A stretch of DNA of 64,000 nt from the human T2T-CHM13v2.0 reference genome, Homo sapiens, in assembly GCF_009914755.1 (NCBI RefSeq), contig NC_060930.1; one strand, written 5' to 3'. This document shows positions 1 to 12,400 of the stretch, one piece after another. How positions within the stretch are numbered: the first letter of the stretch is position 1; each line of letters starts with the position of its first letter. The position numbers and the translations under genes are program-made. Below the pieces are notes generated by a model. The model searched no databases, had not been told where the DNA came from, and saw only the letters and a program-made list of their open reading frames with translations.

Positions 1-230
1 CAGTTTTGAGACACCGTTTTTGTAGAATTCCCAAGTGGATATTTAGAGCACTTTGAAGTCTCTGCTAGAAAAGGAAACATCTTCATGTAAAAAGTAGATA
101 GAATCGTTCTCAGAAAGTGCTTAGTGACGTGTGCGTTCAACTCACAGAGTTTAACGATTCTTTTGATAGAGCGTTTCTGAAACACCCTTCTTGTAGTAGC
201 TGCAAGTGGATATTTGGACCTATTGGAGGC

Positions 231-247
231 CTTCTTTGGAAACGGGA
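231..247 (+). other. Degenerate CENP-B box (first CpG lost); recurs once per unit
   Basis: CTTCTTTGGAAACGGGA has G>T at a core position; many copies also read AAATGGGA. Confidence 0.85.
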
Positions 248-740
248 TTTCTTCATGTAACTCTAGATTGAAGAGTTCTCAGAAACTCCTTTGTGATGTG
301 TGCATTCAATTCAAAGAGTGAAACCTCCCTTTTCACAGAGCAGTTTTGAAACACTGTTTTTGTAGGATTTCCAAGGGGATATTTATAGCGCATTGAGCCT
401 ACGGCGGAAAAAGAAACATCTTCCTATAAAAACTAGACAGAATACTTCTCAGAATCTGCTTTGCGATGTGTGTGTTCAACTCACAGCGTAAAACTTTTCT
501 TTTGATAGAGCAGTTTTGAAACACTCTTTTTGTAGTATTTGCATGTGTATATTTAGAGCGCATTGAAGCCCACAGTAGAAAAGGAAATAACTTCACCTAA
601 AACCTAGACAGAAGCAATCTCAGAAACTACTTTGTGATGTGTACATTCAACTCACAGAGTGGAACTTTCCTCTTTATAGAGCAGTGTTGAAACACTCTTT
701 TTGTAGAAACTGCAAGTGGATATTTGGACCTCTTTGAGGC

Positions 741-757
741 CTTCGTTGGAAACGGGA
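741..757 (+). other. CENP-B box (intact); recurs in every unit
   Basis: CTTCGTTGGAAACGGGA matches the consensus YTTCGTTGGAARCGGGA. Confidence 0.95.
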
Positions 758-1080
758 TTTCTTCCTATAACCCTAGACAGAAGAATTTTCAGAAACCTCA
801 TTGTGATGTGTGCGTTCATCTCACAGAGTGGAGTCTTCCGTTTGATAGAGAAGTTTTGAAACCCTGTTCTTGTAGGATTTCCAAGTGGATATTTAGACCA
901 CTTTGAAGCCTATGATAGAAAAGGAAACATCTTCATGGAAAACATAGATAGAATCATCCTCAGAAACAACTTTGTGATGTGTGCGTTGAACTCACCGTCT
1001 TTAACCTTTCTTTTGGTAGAGAAGTTTTGAAACACTCTCTTTGTAAAGTCTACAAGTGGATATTTTGAGCCCTTGGAGGC

Positions 1081-1097
1081 ATTCTTTGGAAAAGGGA
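1081..1097 (+). other. Degenerate CENP-B box (both CpGs lost); recurs once per unit
   Basis: ATTCTTTGGAAAAGGGA sits at a B-box position, 340 bp after 741. Confidence 0.8.
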
Positions 1098-1251
1098 ATG
1101 TCTTCACATAAAAGGCAGACGGAAGTGTTCTCAGAAACTGCTTTGTGATGTCTGTGTTCAACTCACAGAGTTTAACATTTCCTTTGATAGAGCGGTTTAG
1201 TAACCCTCTCTTTGTAGAATTTGGAAGTGTATACTAAGAGCGCTTTGAGGC

Positions 1252-1268
1252 CTATGGTAGAAAAGGAA
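1252..1268 (+). other. A-type monomer box (pJalpha-like), representative of 9 per 18-mer
   Basis: CTATGGTAGAAAAGGAA at the box-equivalent position resembles the pJalpha motif CTAYGGTGRAAAAGGAA. Confidence 0.7.
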
Positions 1269-1422
1269 ATATCTTTCCATAAAAGCTAGACAGAAGCAAT
1301 CTCAGAAACTCCTCTGTGATGTCTGCATTCAACTCACCGAGTGGAACATTCCTCTTGAGAGAGCAGTTTGGAAACACTCTTTCTGTAGAATCAGCTTGTT
1401 TGTATTTGGACCTCCTTGAGGC

Positions 1423-1439
1423 CTTCGTTGGAAACGGGT
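1423..1439 (+). other. CENP-B box (core intact, terminal A>T); recurs in every unit
   Basis: CTTCGTTGGAAACGGGT keeps the core NTTCGNNNNANNCGGGN. Confidence 0.9.
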
Positions 1440-1762
1440 TTTCATCTTATAAACCCAGACAGAAGAATTCTCAGAGTCTTCTTTGTGATGTGTGCTTTCA
1501 ACTCACCGAGATAAAGATTTCTCTTGATAGAGCAATTTGGAAACACTCTTTTTGTAGAATTTGCAAGGGTACATTGAGAGCGCTTTCAGGCCTATGGTAG
1601 AAAAGGGAATATCTTTCCATAAAAGGTAGACAGAAGCAATCTCAGAAACTACTTTGTGATGTGTGCATTCAACTCACCGAGTGCAACGTTCCTCTTGACC
1701 GAGCAGTTTGGAAACATTGTTTCTGTAGAATCTGCAAGTGGATATTTGGACCTCTTTGAGGC

Positions 1763-1779
1763 CTTCGTTGGAAACGGGA
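1763..1779 (+). other. CENP-B box (intact); recurs in every unit
   Basis: CTTCGTTGGAAACGGGA. Confidence 0.95.
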
Positions 1780-2102
1780 TTTCTTCCTATAAACCCAGAC
1801 AGAAGAATTCTCAGAGACTTCTTTGTGATGTGTGAATTCAACTCACAGTGTGGATCCTTCCTTTTGATAGAGCAGTTTTGAAACCCTGTTTTTGTAGTAT
1901 TTCCAAGCGGATATTTGGAACGCCTTGAAGCGTATGGTAGAAAAGGAAATATCTTCCCATAAAACCTAGACAGAACCCATCTCAGAAACGACTTTGTGAT
2001 GTCTGCATTCAAGTCACAGAGTTGAACATTTCTCTTGATAGAGCAGTTTTGAAACCCTCTTTCTGAAGGATCTGCAAGTGGATATTTGGAACTCCTTTGG
2101 GT

Positions 2103-2119
2103 CTTCGTTGGAAACGGGA
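2103..2119 (+). other. CENP-B box (intact); lies just left of the 15-mer deletion breakpoint
   Basis: CTTCGTTGGAAACGGGA. Confidence 0.95.
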
Positions 2120-2439
2120 TTTCTTCGTATAAATCTAGACAGAAGAATTCTCCGAAACTTCTTTGGTTGTGTGCATTCAAGTCACAGAGTGGAACCTTCC
2201 TTTGGATAGAGCAGTTTGAAACGCCGTGGTTGTAGTATTTCCAAGCGGATATTAGAGCGCCTTGAGGCCTATGGTAGAAAAGGAAATATCTTCCCATAAA
2301 ACCTAGACGGAAGCAATCTCAGAAACTACTGTGTGATGGCTGCATTCCACACACACGGTGGAACATTTCTCTTGATAGAGCAGTTTTGAAACACTCTTTC
2401 TGTAGAATCTGCAAGTGGATAATTGGACCGCCTTGAGGC

Positions 2440-2456
2440 CTTCGTTGGAAACGGGA
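2440..2456 (+). other. CENP-B box (intact); absent from 15-mers
   Basis: CTTCGTTGGAAACGGGA. Confidence 0.95.
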
Positions 2457-2608
2457 TTTCTTCATGTTACTCTAGATAGAAGAATTCTCAAACACTGCTA
2501 TGTGATGTTTGCATTCAAGTCACAGAGTGCAACATTCCTCTTGGTAGAGCAGTTGGGAAACACTCCTTTTGTAGAATCTGCAATGGGATATTTGGACTTC
2601 TTTGAGGC

Positions 2609-2625
2609 CTTCGTTGGAAACGGGA
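2609..2625 (+). other. CENP-B box (intact); 169 bp from the previous box; absent from 15-mers
   Basis: CTTCGTTGGAAACGGGA. Confidence 0.95.
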
Positions 2626-2948
2626 TTTCTTCGTATGAATCTAGACAGAAGAATTCTCAGAAACTTCCTTGTGATGTGTGCATTCAACTCAGCGAGTGGC
2701 ACCTTCCTTTGGATACAGCAGTTTTGAAACACTGTTTTTGTAGTATTTCCAAGCGGATATTTAGAGCGCCTTGAAGCCTATGCTAGAAATGGAAATATCT
2801 CCCCATAAAACCAAGACAGAAGCAATCTCAGAAACTAATGTGTGATGGCTGCATTCCACACACACGGTGGACCATTTCTCTTGATAGAGCAGTTTTGAAA
2901 CACTCTTTCTGTAGAATCTGCAAGTGGATAATTGGACCTCCTAGAGGC

Positions 2949-2965
2949 CTTCGTTGGAAACGGGA
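2949..2965 (+). other. CENP-B box (intact); recurs in every unit
   Basis: CTTCGTTGGAAACGGGA. Confidence 0.95.
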
Positions 2966-3455
2966 TTTCTTCATCTAAACCTACAGAGAAGAATTCTCAG
3001 TAACTTCTTCGGATGTGTGCATTCGACGCACAGAATGGAACATTCCCTTTGATAGAGCAGTTTTGAGACACCGTTTTTGTAGAATTCCCAAGTGGATATT
3101 TAGAGCACTTTGAAGTCTCTGCTAGAAAAGGAAACATCTTCATGTAAAAAGTAGATAGAATCGTTCTCAGAAAGTGCTTAGTGACGTGTGCGTTCAACTC
3201 ACAGAGTTTAACGTTTCTTTTGATAGAGCGTTTCTGAAACACCCTTCTTGTAGTAGCTGCAAGTGGATATTTGGACCTATTGGAGGCCTTCTTTGGAAAT
3301 GGGATTCCTTCATGTAACTCTAGATTGAAGAGTTCTCAGAAACTCCTTTGTGATGTGTGCATTCAATTCAAAGAGTGAAACCCCCCTTTTCACAGAGCAG
3401 TTTTGAAACACTGTTTTTGTAGGATTTCCAAGGGGATATTTATAGCGCATTGAGC

Positions 3456-6400
3456 CTACGGCGGAAAAAGAAATATCTTCCTATAAAAACTAGACAGAAT
3501 ACTTCTCAGAATCTGCTTTGCGATGTGTGCGTTCAACTCACAGAGTAAAACTTTTCTTTTCATAGAACAGTTTTGAAACACTCTTTTTGTAGTATTTGCA
3601 TGTGTATATTTAGAGCGCATTGAAGCCCACAGTAGAAAAGGAAATAACTTCACCTAAAACCTAGACAGAAGCAATCTCAGAAACTACTTTGTGATGTGTA
3701 CATTCAACTCACAGAGTGGAACTTTCCTCTTTATAGAGCAGTGTTGAAACACTCTTTTTGTAGAAACTGCAAGTGGATATTTGGACCTCTTTGAGGCCTT
3801 CGTTGGAAACGGGATTTCTTCCTATAACCCTAGACAGAAGAATTTTCAGAAACCTCATTGTGATGTGTGCGTTCATCTCACAGAGTGGAGTCTTCCGTTT
3901 GATAGAGAAGTTTTGAAACCCTGTTCTTGTAGGATTTCCAAGTGGATATTTAGACCACTTTGAAGCCTATGATAGAAAAGGAAACATCTTCATGGAAAAC
4001 ATAGATAGAATCATTCTCAGAAACAACTTTGTGATGTGTGCGTTGAACTCACCGTCTTTAACCTTTCTTTTGGTAGAGAAGTTTTGAAACACTCTCTTTG
4101 TAAAGTCTACAAGTGGATATTTTGAGCCCTTGGAGGCATTCTTTGGAAAAGGGAATGTCTTCACATAAAAGGCAGACAGAAGTGTTCTCAGAAACTGCTT
4201 TGTGATGTCTGTGTTCAACTCACATTTAACATTTCCTTTGATAGAGCGGTTTAGTAACCCTCTCTTTGTAGAATTTGGAAGTGTATACTAAGAGCGCTTT
4301 GAGGCCTATGGTAGAAAAGGAAATATCTTTCCATAAAAGCTAGACAGAAGCAATCTCAGAAACTCCTCTGTGATGTCTGCATTCAACTCACCGAGTGGAA
4401 CATTCCTCTTGATAGAGCAGTTTGGAAACACTCTTTCTGTAGAATCAGCTTGTTTGTATTTGGACCTCCTTGAGGCCTTCGTTGGAAACGGGTTTTCATC
4501 TTATAAACCCAGACAGAAGAATTCTCAGAGTCTTCTTTGTGATGTGTGCTTTCAACTCACCGAGATAAAGATTTCTCTTGATAGAGCAATTTGGAAACAC
4601 TCTTTTTGTAGAATTTGCAAGGGTACATTGAGAGCACTTTCAGGCCTATGGTAGAAAAGGGAATATCTTTCCATAAAAGGTAGACAGAAGCAATCTCAGA
4701 AACTACTTTGTGATGTGTGCATTCAACTCACCGAGTGCAACGTTCCTCTTGACCGAGCAGTTTGGAAACATTGTTTCTGTAGAATCTGCAAGTGGATATT
4801 TGGACCTCTTTGAGGCCTTCGTTGGAAACGGGATTTCTTCCTATAAACCCAGACAGAAGAATTCTCAGAGACTTCTTTGTGATGTGTGAATTCAACTCAC
4901 AGTGTGGATCCTTCCTTTTGATAGAGCAGTTTTGAAACCCTGTTTTTGTAGTATTTCCAAGCGGATATTTGGAACGCCTTGAAGCGTATGGTAGAAAAGG
5001 AAATATCTTCCCATAAAACCTAGACAGAACCAATCTCAGAAACGACTTTGTGATGTCTGCATTCAAGTCACAGAGTTGAACATTTCTCTTGATAGAGCAG
5101 TTTTGAAACCCTCTTTCTGAAGGATCTGCAAGTGGATATTTGGAACTCCTTTGGGTCTTCGTTGGAAACGGGATTTCTTCGTATAAATCTAGACAGAAGA
5201 ATTCTCCGAAACTTCTTTGGTTGTGTGCATTCAAGTCACAGAGTGGAACCTTCCTTTGGATAGAGCAGTTTGAAACGCCGTGGTTGTAGTATTTCCAAGC
5301 GGATATTAGAGCGCCTTGAGGCCTATGGTAGAAAAGGAAATATCTTCCCATAAAACCTAGACGGAAGCAATCTCAGAAACTACTGTGTGATGGCTGCATT
5401 CCACACACACGGTGGAACATTTCTCTTGATAGAGCAGTTTTGAAACACTCTTTCTGTAGAATCTGCAAGTGGATAATTGGACCGCCTTGAGGCCTTCGTT
5501 GGAAACGGGATTTCTTCATGTTACTCTAGATAGAAGAATTCTCAAACACTGCTATGTGATGTTTGCATTCAAGTCACAGAGTGCAACATTCCTCTTGGTA
5601 GAGCAGTTGGGAAACACTCCTTTTGTAGAATCTGCAATGGGATATTTGGACTTCTTTGAGGCCTTCGTTGGAAACGGGATTTCTTCGTATGAATCTAGAC
5701 AGAAGAATTCTCAGAAACTTCCTTGTGATGTGTGCATTCAACTCAGCGAGTGACACCTTCCTTTGGATACAGCAGTTTTGAAACACTGTTTTTGTAGTAT
5801 TTCCAAGCGGATATTTAGAGCGCCTTGAAGCCTATGCTAGAAATGGAAATATCTCCCCATAAAACCAAGACAGAAGCAATCTCAGAAACTAATGTGTGAT
5901 GGCTGCATTCCACACACACGGTGGACCATTTCTCTTGATAGAGCAGTTTTGAAACACTCTTTCTGTAGAATCTGCAAGTGGATAATTGGACCTCCTAGAG
6001 GCCTTCGTTGGAAACGGGATTTCTTCATCTAAACCTACAGAGAAGAATTCTCAGTAACTTCTTCGGATGTGTGCATTCGACGCACAGAATGGAACATTCC
6101 CTTTGATAGAGCAGTTTTGAGACACCGTTTTTGTAGAATTCCCAAGTGGATATTTAGAGCACTTTGAAGTCTCTGCTAGAAAAGGAAACATCTTCATGTA
6201 AAAAGTAGATAGAATCGTTCTCAGAAAGTGCTTAGTGACGTGTGCGTTCAACTCACAGAGTTTAACGTTTCTTTTGATAGAGCGTTTCTGAAACACCCTT
6301 CTTGTAGTAGCTGCAAGTGGATATTTGGACCTATTGGAGGCCTTCTTTGGAAATGGGATTCCTTCATGTAACTCTAGATTGAAGAGTTCTCAGAAACTCC

Positions 6401-9400
6401 TTTGTGATGTGTGCATTCAATTCAAAGAGTGAAACCCCCCTTTTCACAGAGCAGTTTTGAAACACTGTTTTTGTAGGATTTCCAAGGGGATATTTATAGC
6501 GCATTGAGCCTACGGCGGAAAAAGAAATATCTTCCTATAAAAACTAGACAGAATACTTCTCAGAATCTGCTTTGCGATGTGTGCGTTCAACTCACAGAGT
6601 AAAACTTTTCTTTTCATAGAACAGTTTTGAAACACTCTTTTTGTAGTATTTGCATGTGTATATTTAGAGCGCATTGAAGCCCACAGTAGAAAAGGAAATA
6701 ACTTCACCTAAAACCTAGACAGAAGCAATCTCAGAAACTACTTTGTGATGTGTACATTCAACTCACAGAGTGGAACTTTCCTCTTTATAGAGCAGTGTTG
6801 AAACACTCTTTTTGTAGAAACTGCAAGTGGATATTTGGACCTCTTTGAGGCCTTCGTTGGAAACGGGATTTCTTCCTATAACCCTAGACAGAAGAATTTT
6901 CAGAAACCTCATTGTGATGTGTGCGTTCATCTCACAGAGTGGAGTCTTCCGTTTGATAGAGAAGTTTTGAAACCCTGTTCTTGTAGGATTTCCAAGTGGA
7001 TATTTAGACCACTTTGAAGCCTATGATAGAAAAGGAAACATCTTCATGGAAAACATAGATAGAATCATTCTCAGAAACAACTTTGTGATGTGTGCGTTGA
7101 ACTCACCGTCTTTAACCTTTCTTTTGGTAGAGAAGTTTTGAAACACTCTCTTTGTAAAGTCTACAAGTGGATATTTTGAGCCCTTGGAGGCATTCTTTGG
7201 AAAAGGGAATGTCTTCACATAAAAGGCAGACAGAAGTGTTCTCAGAAACTGCTTTGTGATGTCTGTGTTCAACTCACATTTAACATTTCCTTTGATAGAG
7301 CGGTTTAGTAACCCTCTCTTTGTAGAATTTGGAAGTGTATACTAAGAGCGCTTTGAGGCCTATGGTAGAAAAGGAAATATCTTTCCATAAAAGCTAGACA
7401 GAAGCAATCTCAGAAACTCCTCTGTGATGTCTGCATTCAACTCACCGAGTGGAACATTCCTCTTGATAGAGCAGTTTGGAAACACTCTTTCTGTAGAATC
7501 AGCTTGTTTGTATTTGGACCTCCTTGAGGCCTTCGTTGGAAACGGGTTTTCATCTTATAAACCCAGACAGAAGAATTCTCAGAGTCTTCTTTGTGATGTG
7601 TGCTTTCAACTCACCGAGATAAAGATTTCTCTTGATAGAGCAATTTGGAAACACTCTTTTTGTAGAATTTGCAAGGGTACATTGAGAGCACTTTCAGGCC
7701 TATGGTAGAAAAGGGAATATCTTTCCATAAAAGGTAGACAGAAGCAATCTCAGAAACTACTTTGTGATGTGTGCATTCAACTCACCGAGTGCAACGTTCC
7801 TCTTGACCGAGCAGTTTGGAAACATTGTTTCTGTAGAATCTGCAAGTGGATATTTGGACCTCTTTGAGGCCTTCGTTGGAAACGGGATTTCTTCCTATAA
7901 ACCCAGACAGAAGAATTCTCAGAGACTTCTTTGTGATGTGTGAATTCAACTCACAGTGTGGATCCTTCCTTTTGATAGAGCAGTTTTGAAACCCTGTTTT
8001 TGTAGTATTTCCAAGCGGATATTTGGAACGCCTTGAAGCGTATGGTAGAAAAGGAAATATCTTCCCATAAAACCTAGACAGAACCAATCTCAGAAACGAC
8101 TTTGTGATGTCTGCATTCAAGTCACAGAGTTGAACATTTCTCTTGATAGAGCAGTTTTGAAACCCTCTTTCTGAAGGATCTGCAAGTGGATATTTGGAAC
8201 TCCTTTGGGTCTTCGTTGGAAACGGGATTTCTTCGTATAAATCTAGACAGAAGAATTCTCCGAAACTTCTTTGGTTGTGTGCATTCAAGTCACAGAGTGG
8301 AACCTTCCTTTGGATAGAGCAGTTTGAAACGCCGTGGTTGTAGTATTTCCAAGCGGATATTAGAGCGCCTTGAGGCCTATGGTAGAAAAGGAAATATCTT
8401 CCCATAAAACCTAGACGGAAGCAATCTCAGAAACTACTGTGTGATGGCTGCATTCCACACACACGGTGGAACATTTCTCTTGATAGAGCAGTTTTGAAAC
8501 ACTCTTTCTGTAGAATCTGCAAGTGGATAATTGGACCGCCTTGAGGCCTTCGTTGGAAACGGGATTTCTTCATGTTACTCTAGATAGAAGAATTCTCAAA
8601 CACTGCTATGTGATGTTTGCATTCAAGTCACAGAGTGCAACATTCCTCTTGGTAGAGCAGTTGGGAAACACTCCTTTTGTAGAATCTGCAATGGGATATT
8701 TGGACTTCTTTGAGGCCTTCGTTGGAAACGGGATTTCTTCGTATGAATCTAGACAGAAGAATTCTCAGAAACTTCCTTGTGATGTGTGCATTCAACTCAG
8801 CGAGTGACACCTTCCTTTGGATACAGCAGTTTTGAAACACTGTTTTTGTAGTATTTCCAAGCGGATATTTAGAGCGCCTTGAAGCCTATGCTAGAAATGG
8901 AAATATCTCCCCATAAAACCAAGACAGAAGCAATCTCAGAAACTAATGTGTGATGGCTGCATTCCACACACACGGTGGACCATTTCTCTTGATAGAGCAG
9001 TTTTGAAACACTCTTTCTGTAGAATCTGCAAGTGGATAATTGGACCTCCTAGAGGCCTTCGTTGGAAACGGGATTTCTTCATCTAAACCTACAGAGAAGA
9101 ATTCTCAGTAACTTCTTCGGATGTGTGCATTCGACTCACAGAATGGAACATTCCCTTTGATAGAGCAGTTTTGAGACACCGTTTTTGTAGAATTCCCAAG
9201 TGGATATTTAGAGCACTTTGAAGTCTCTGCTAGAAAAGGAAACATCTTCATGTAAAAAGTAGATAGAATCGTTCTCAGAAAGTGCTTAGTGACGTGTGCG
9301 TTCAACTCACAGAGTTTAACGTTTCTTTTGATAGAGCGTTTCTGAAACACCCTTCTTGTAGTAGCTGCAAGTGGATATTTGGACCTATTGGAGGCCTTCT

Positions 9401-12400
9401 TTGGAAATGGGATTTCTTCATGTAACTCTAGATTGAAGAGTTCTCAGAAACTCCTTTGTGATGTGTGCATTCAATTCAAAGAGTGAAACCTCCCTTTTCA
9501 CAGAGCAGTTTTGAAACACTGTTTTTGTAGGATTTCCAAGGGGATATTTATAGCGCATTGAGCCTACGGCGGAAAAAGAAATATCTTCCTATAAAAACTA
9601 GACAGAATACTTCTCAGAATCTGCTTTGCGATGTGTGCGTTCAACTCACAGAGTAAAACTTTTCTTTTGATAGAGCAGTTTTGAAACACTCTTTTTGTAG
9701 TATTTGCATGTGTATATTTAGAGCGCATTGAAGCCCACAGTAGAAAAGGAAATAACTTCACCTAAAACCTAGACAGAAGCAATCTCAGAAACTACTTTGT
9801 GATGTGTACATTCAACTCACAGAGTGGAACTTTCCTCTTTATAGAGCAGTGTTGAAACACTCTTTTTGTAGAAACTGCAAGTGGATATTTGGACCTCTTT
9901 GAGGCCTTCGTTGGAAACGGGATTTCTTCCTATAACCCTAGACAGAAGAATTTTCAGAAACCTCATTGTGATGTGTGCGTTCATCTCACAGAGTGGAGTC
10001 TTCCGTTTGATAGAGAAGTTTTGAAACCCTGTTCTTGTAGGATTTCCAAGTGGATATTTAGACCACTTTGAAGCCTATGATAGAAAAGGAAACATCTTCA
10101 TGGAAAACATAGATAGAATCATTCTCAGAAACAACTTTGTGATGTGTGCGTTGAACTCACCGTCTTTAACCTTTCTTTTGGTAGAGAAGTTTTGAAACAC
10201 TCTCTTTGTAAAGTCTACAAGTGGATATTTTGAGCCCTTGGAGGCATTCTTTGGAAAAGGGAATGTCTTCACATAAAAGGCAGACGGAAGTGTTCTCAGA
10301 AACTGCTTTGTGATGTCTGTGTTCAACTCACATTTAACATTTCCTTTGATAGAGCGGTTTAGTAACCCTCTCTTTGTAGAATTTGGAAGTGTATACTAAG
10401 AGCGCTTTGAGGCCTATGGTAGAAAAGGAAATATCTTTCCATAAAAGCTAGACAGAAGCAATCTCAGAAACTCCTCTGTGATGTCTGCATTCAACTCACC
10501 GAGTGGAACATTCCTCTTGAGAGAGCAGTTTGGAAACACTCTTTCTGTAGAATCAGCTTGTTTGTATTTGGACCTCCTTGAGGCCTTCGTTGGAAACGGG
10601 TTTTCATCTTATAAACCCAGACAGAAGAATTCTCAGAGTCTTCTTTGTGATGTGTGCTTTCAACTCACCGAGATAAAGATTTCTCTTGATAGAGCAATTT
10701 GGAAACACTCTTTTTGTAGAATTTGCAAGGGTACATTGAGAGCGCTTTCAGGCCTATGGTAGAAAAGGGAATATCTTTCCATAAAAGGTAGACAGAAGCA
10801 ATCTCAGAAACTACTTTGTGATGTGTGCATTCAACTCACCGAGTGCAACGTTCCTCTTGACCGAGCAGTTTGGAAACATTGTTTCTGTAGAATCTGCAAG
10901 TGGATATTTGGACCTCTTTGAGGCCTTCGTTGGAAACGGGATTTCTTCCTATAAACCCAGACAGAAGAATTCTCAGAGACTTCTTTGTGATGTGTGAATT
11001 CAACTCACAGTGTGGATCCTTCCTTTTGATAGAGCAGTTTTGAAACCCTGTTTTTGTAGTATTTCCAAGCGGATATTTGGAACGCCTTGAAGCGTATGGT
11101 AGAAAAGGAAATATCTTCCCATAAAACCTAGACAGAACCAATCTCAGAAACGACTTTGTGATGTCTGCATTCAAGTCACAGAGTTGAACATTTCTCTTGA
11201 TAGAGCAGTTTTGAAACCCTCTTTCTGAAGGATCTGCAAGTGGATATTTGGAACTCCTTTGGGTCTTCGTTGGAAACGGGATTTCTTCGTATAAATCTAG
11301 ACAGAAGAATTCTCCGAAACTTCTTTGGTTGTGTGCATTCAAGTCACAGAGTGGAACCTTCCTTTGGATAGAGCAGTTTGAAACGCCGTGGTTGTAGTAT
11401 TTCCAAGCGGATATTAGAGCGCCTTGAGGCCTATGGTAGAAAAGGAAATATCTTCCCATAAAACCTAGACGGAAGCAATCTCAGAAACTACTGTGTGATG
11501 GCTGCATTCCACACACACGGTGGAACATTTCTCTTGATAGAGCAGTTTTGAAACACTCTTTCTGTAGAATCTGCAAGTGGATAATTGGACCGCCTTGAGG
11601 CCTTCGTTGGAAACGGGATTTCTTCATGTTACTCTAGATAGAAGAATTCTCAAACACTGCTATGTGATGTTTGCATTCAAGTCACAGAGTGCAACATTCC
11701 TCTTGGTAGAGCAGTTGGGAAACACTCCTTTTGTAGAATCTGCAATGGGATATTTGGACTTCTTTGAGGCCTTCGTTGGAAACGGGATTTCTTCGTATGA
11801 ATCTAGACAGAAGAATTCTCAGAAACTTCCTTGTGATGTGTGCATTCAACTCAGCGAGTGGCACCTTCCTTTGGATACAGCAGTTTTGAAACACTGTTTT
11901 TGTAGTATTTCCAAGCGGATATTTAGAGCGCCTTGAAGCCTATGCTAGAAATGGAAATATCTCCCCATAAAACCAAGACAGAAGCAATCTCAGAAACTAA
12001 TGTGTGATGGCTGCATTCCACACACACGGTGGACCATTTCTCTTGATAGAGCAGTTTTGAAACACTCTTTCTGTAGAATCTGCAAGTGGATAATTGGACC
12101 TCCTAGAGGCCTTCGTTGGAAACGGGATTTCTTCATCTAAACCTACAGAGAAGAATTCTCAGTAACTTCTTCGGATGTGTGCATTCGACTCACAGAATGG
12201 AACATTCCCTTTGATAGAGCAGTTTTGAGACACCGTTTTTGTAGAATTCCCAAGTGGATATTTAGAGCACTTTGAAGTCTCTGCTAGAAAAGGAAACATC
12301 TTCATGTAAAAAGTGGTTAGAATCGTTCTCAGAAAGTGCTTAGTGACGTGTGCGTTCAACTCACAGAGTTTAACGTTTCTTTTGATAGAGCGTTTCTGAA

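Larger units (their letters stand above)
399..3455 (+). repeat. HOR unit U1, full-length 18-mer (3057 bp; arbitrary phase)
   Basis: The same sequence recurs at +3057. 18 box positions (9 A-type, 9 B-type) can be counted per unit. Confidence 0.95.

Noticed and set aside
1674-2297. 207-aa minus-strand ORF and all other 60-119 aa ORFs recurring in each unit
   Set aside because: They are translations of alpha-satellite monomers (internal repeats such as SKYPL and FQNCSIKR in shifting frames). They overlap on both strands, are cut by the 506-bp deletion or by stop SNVs (5753), and show no recognisable domain. Their conservation reflects repeat homogeneity.
2346-2356. Short (CA)n run CCACACACACGG
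   Set aside because: Only about 4-5 repeats and invariant in length across units; not an active microsatellite.
741-2965. Regularly spaced identical 17-mers resembling a CRISPR or other repeat-spacer array
   Set aside because: These are CENP-B boxes. The intervening DNA consists of homologous monomers rather than unique spacers, and there are no cas-like genes.
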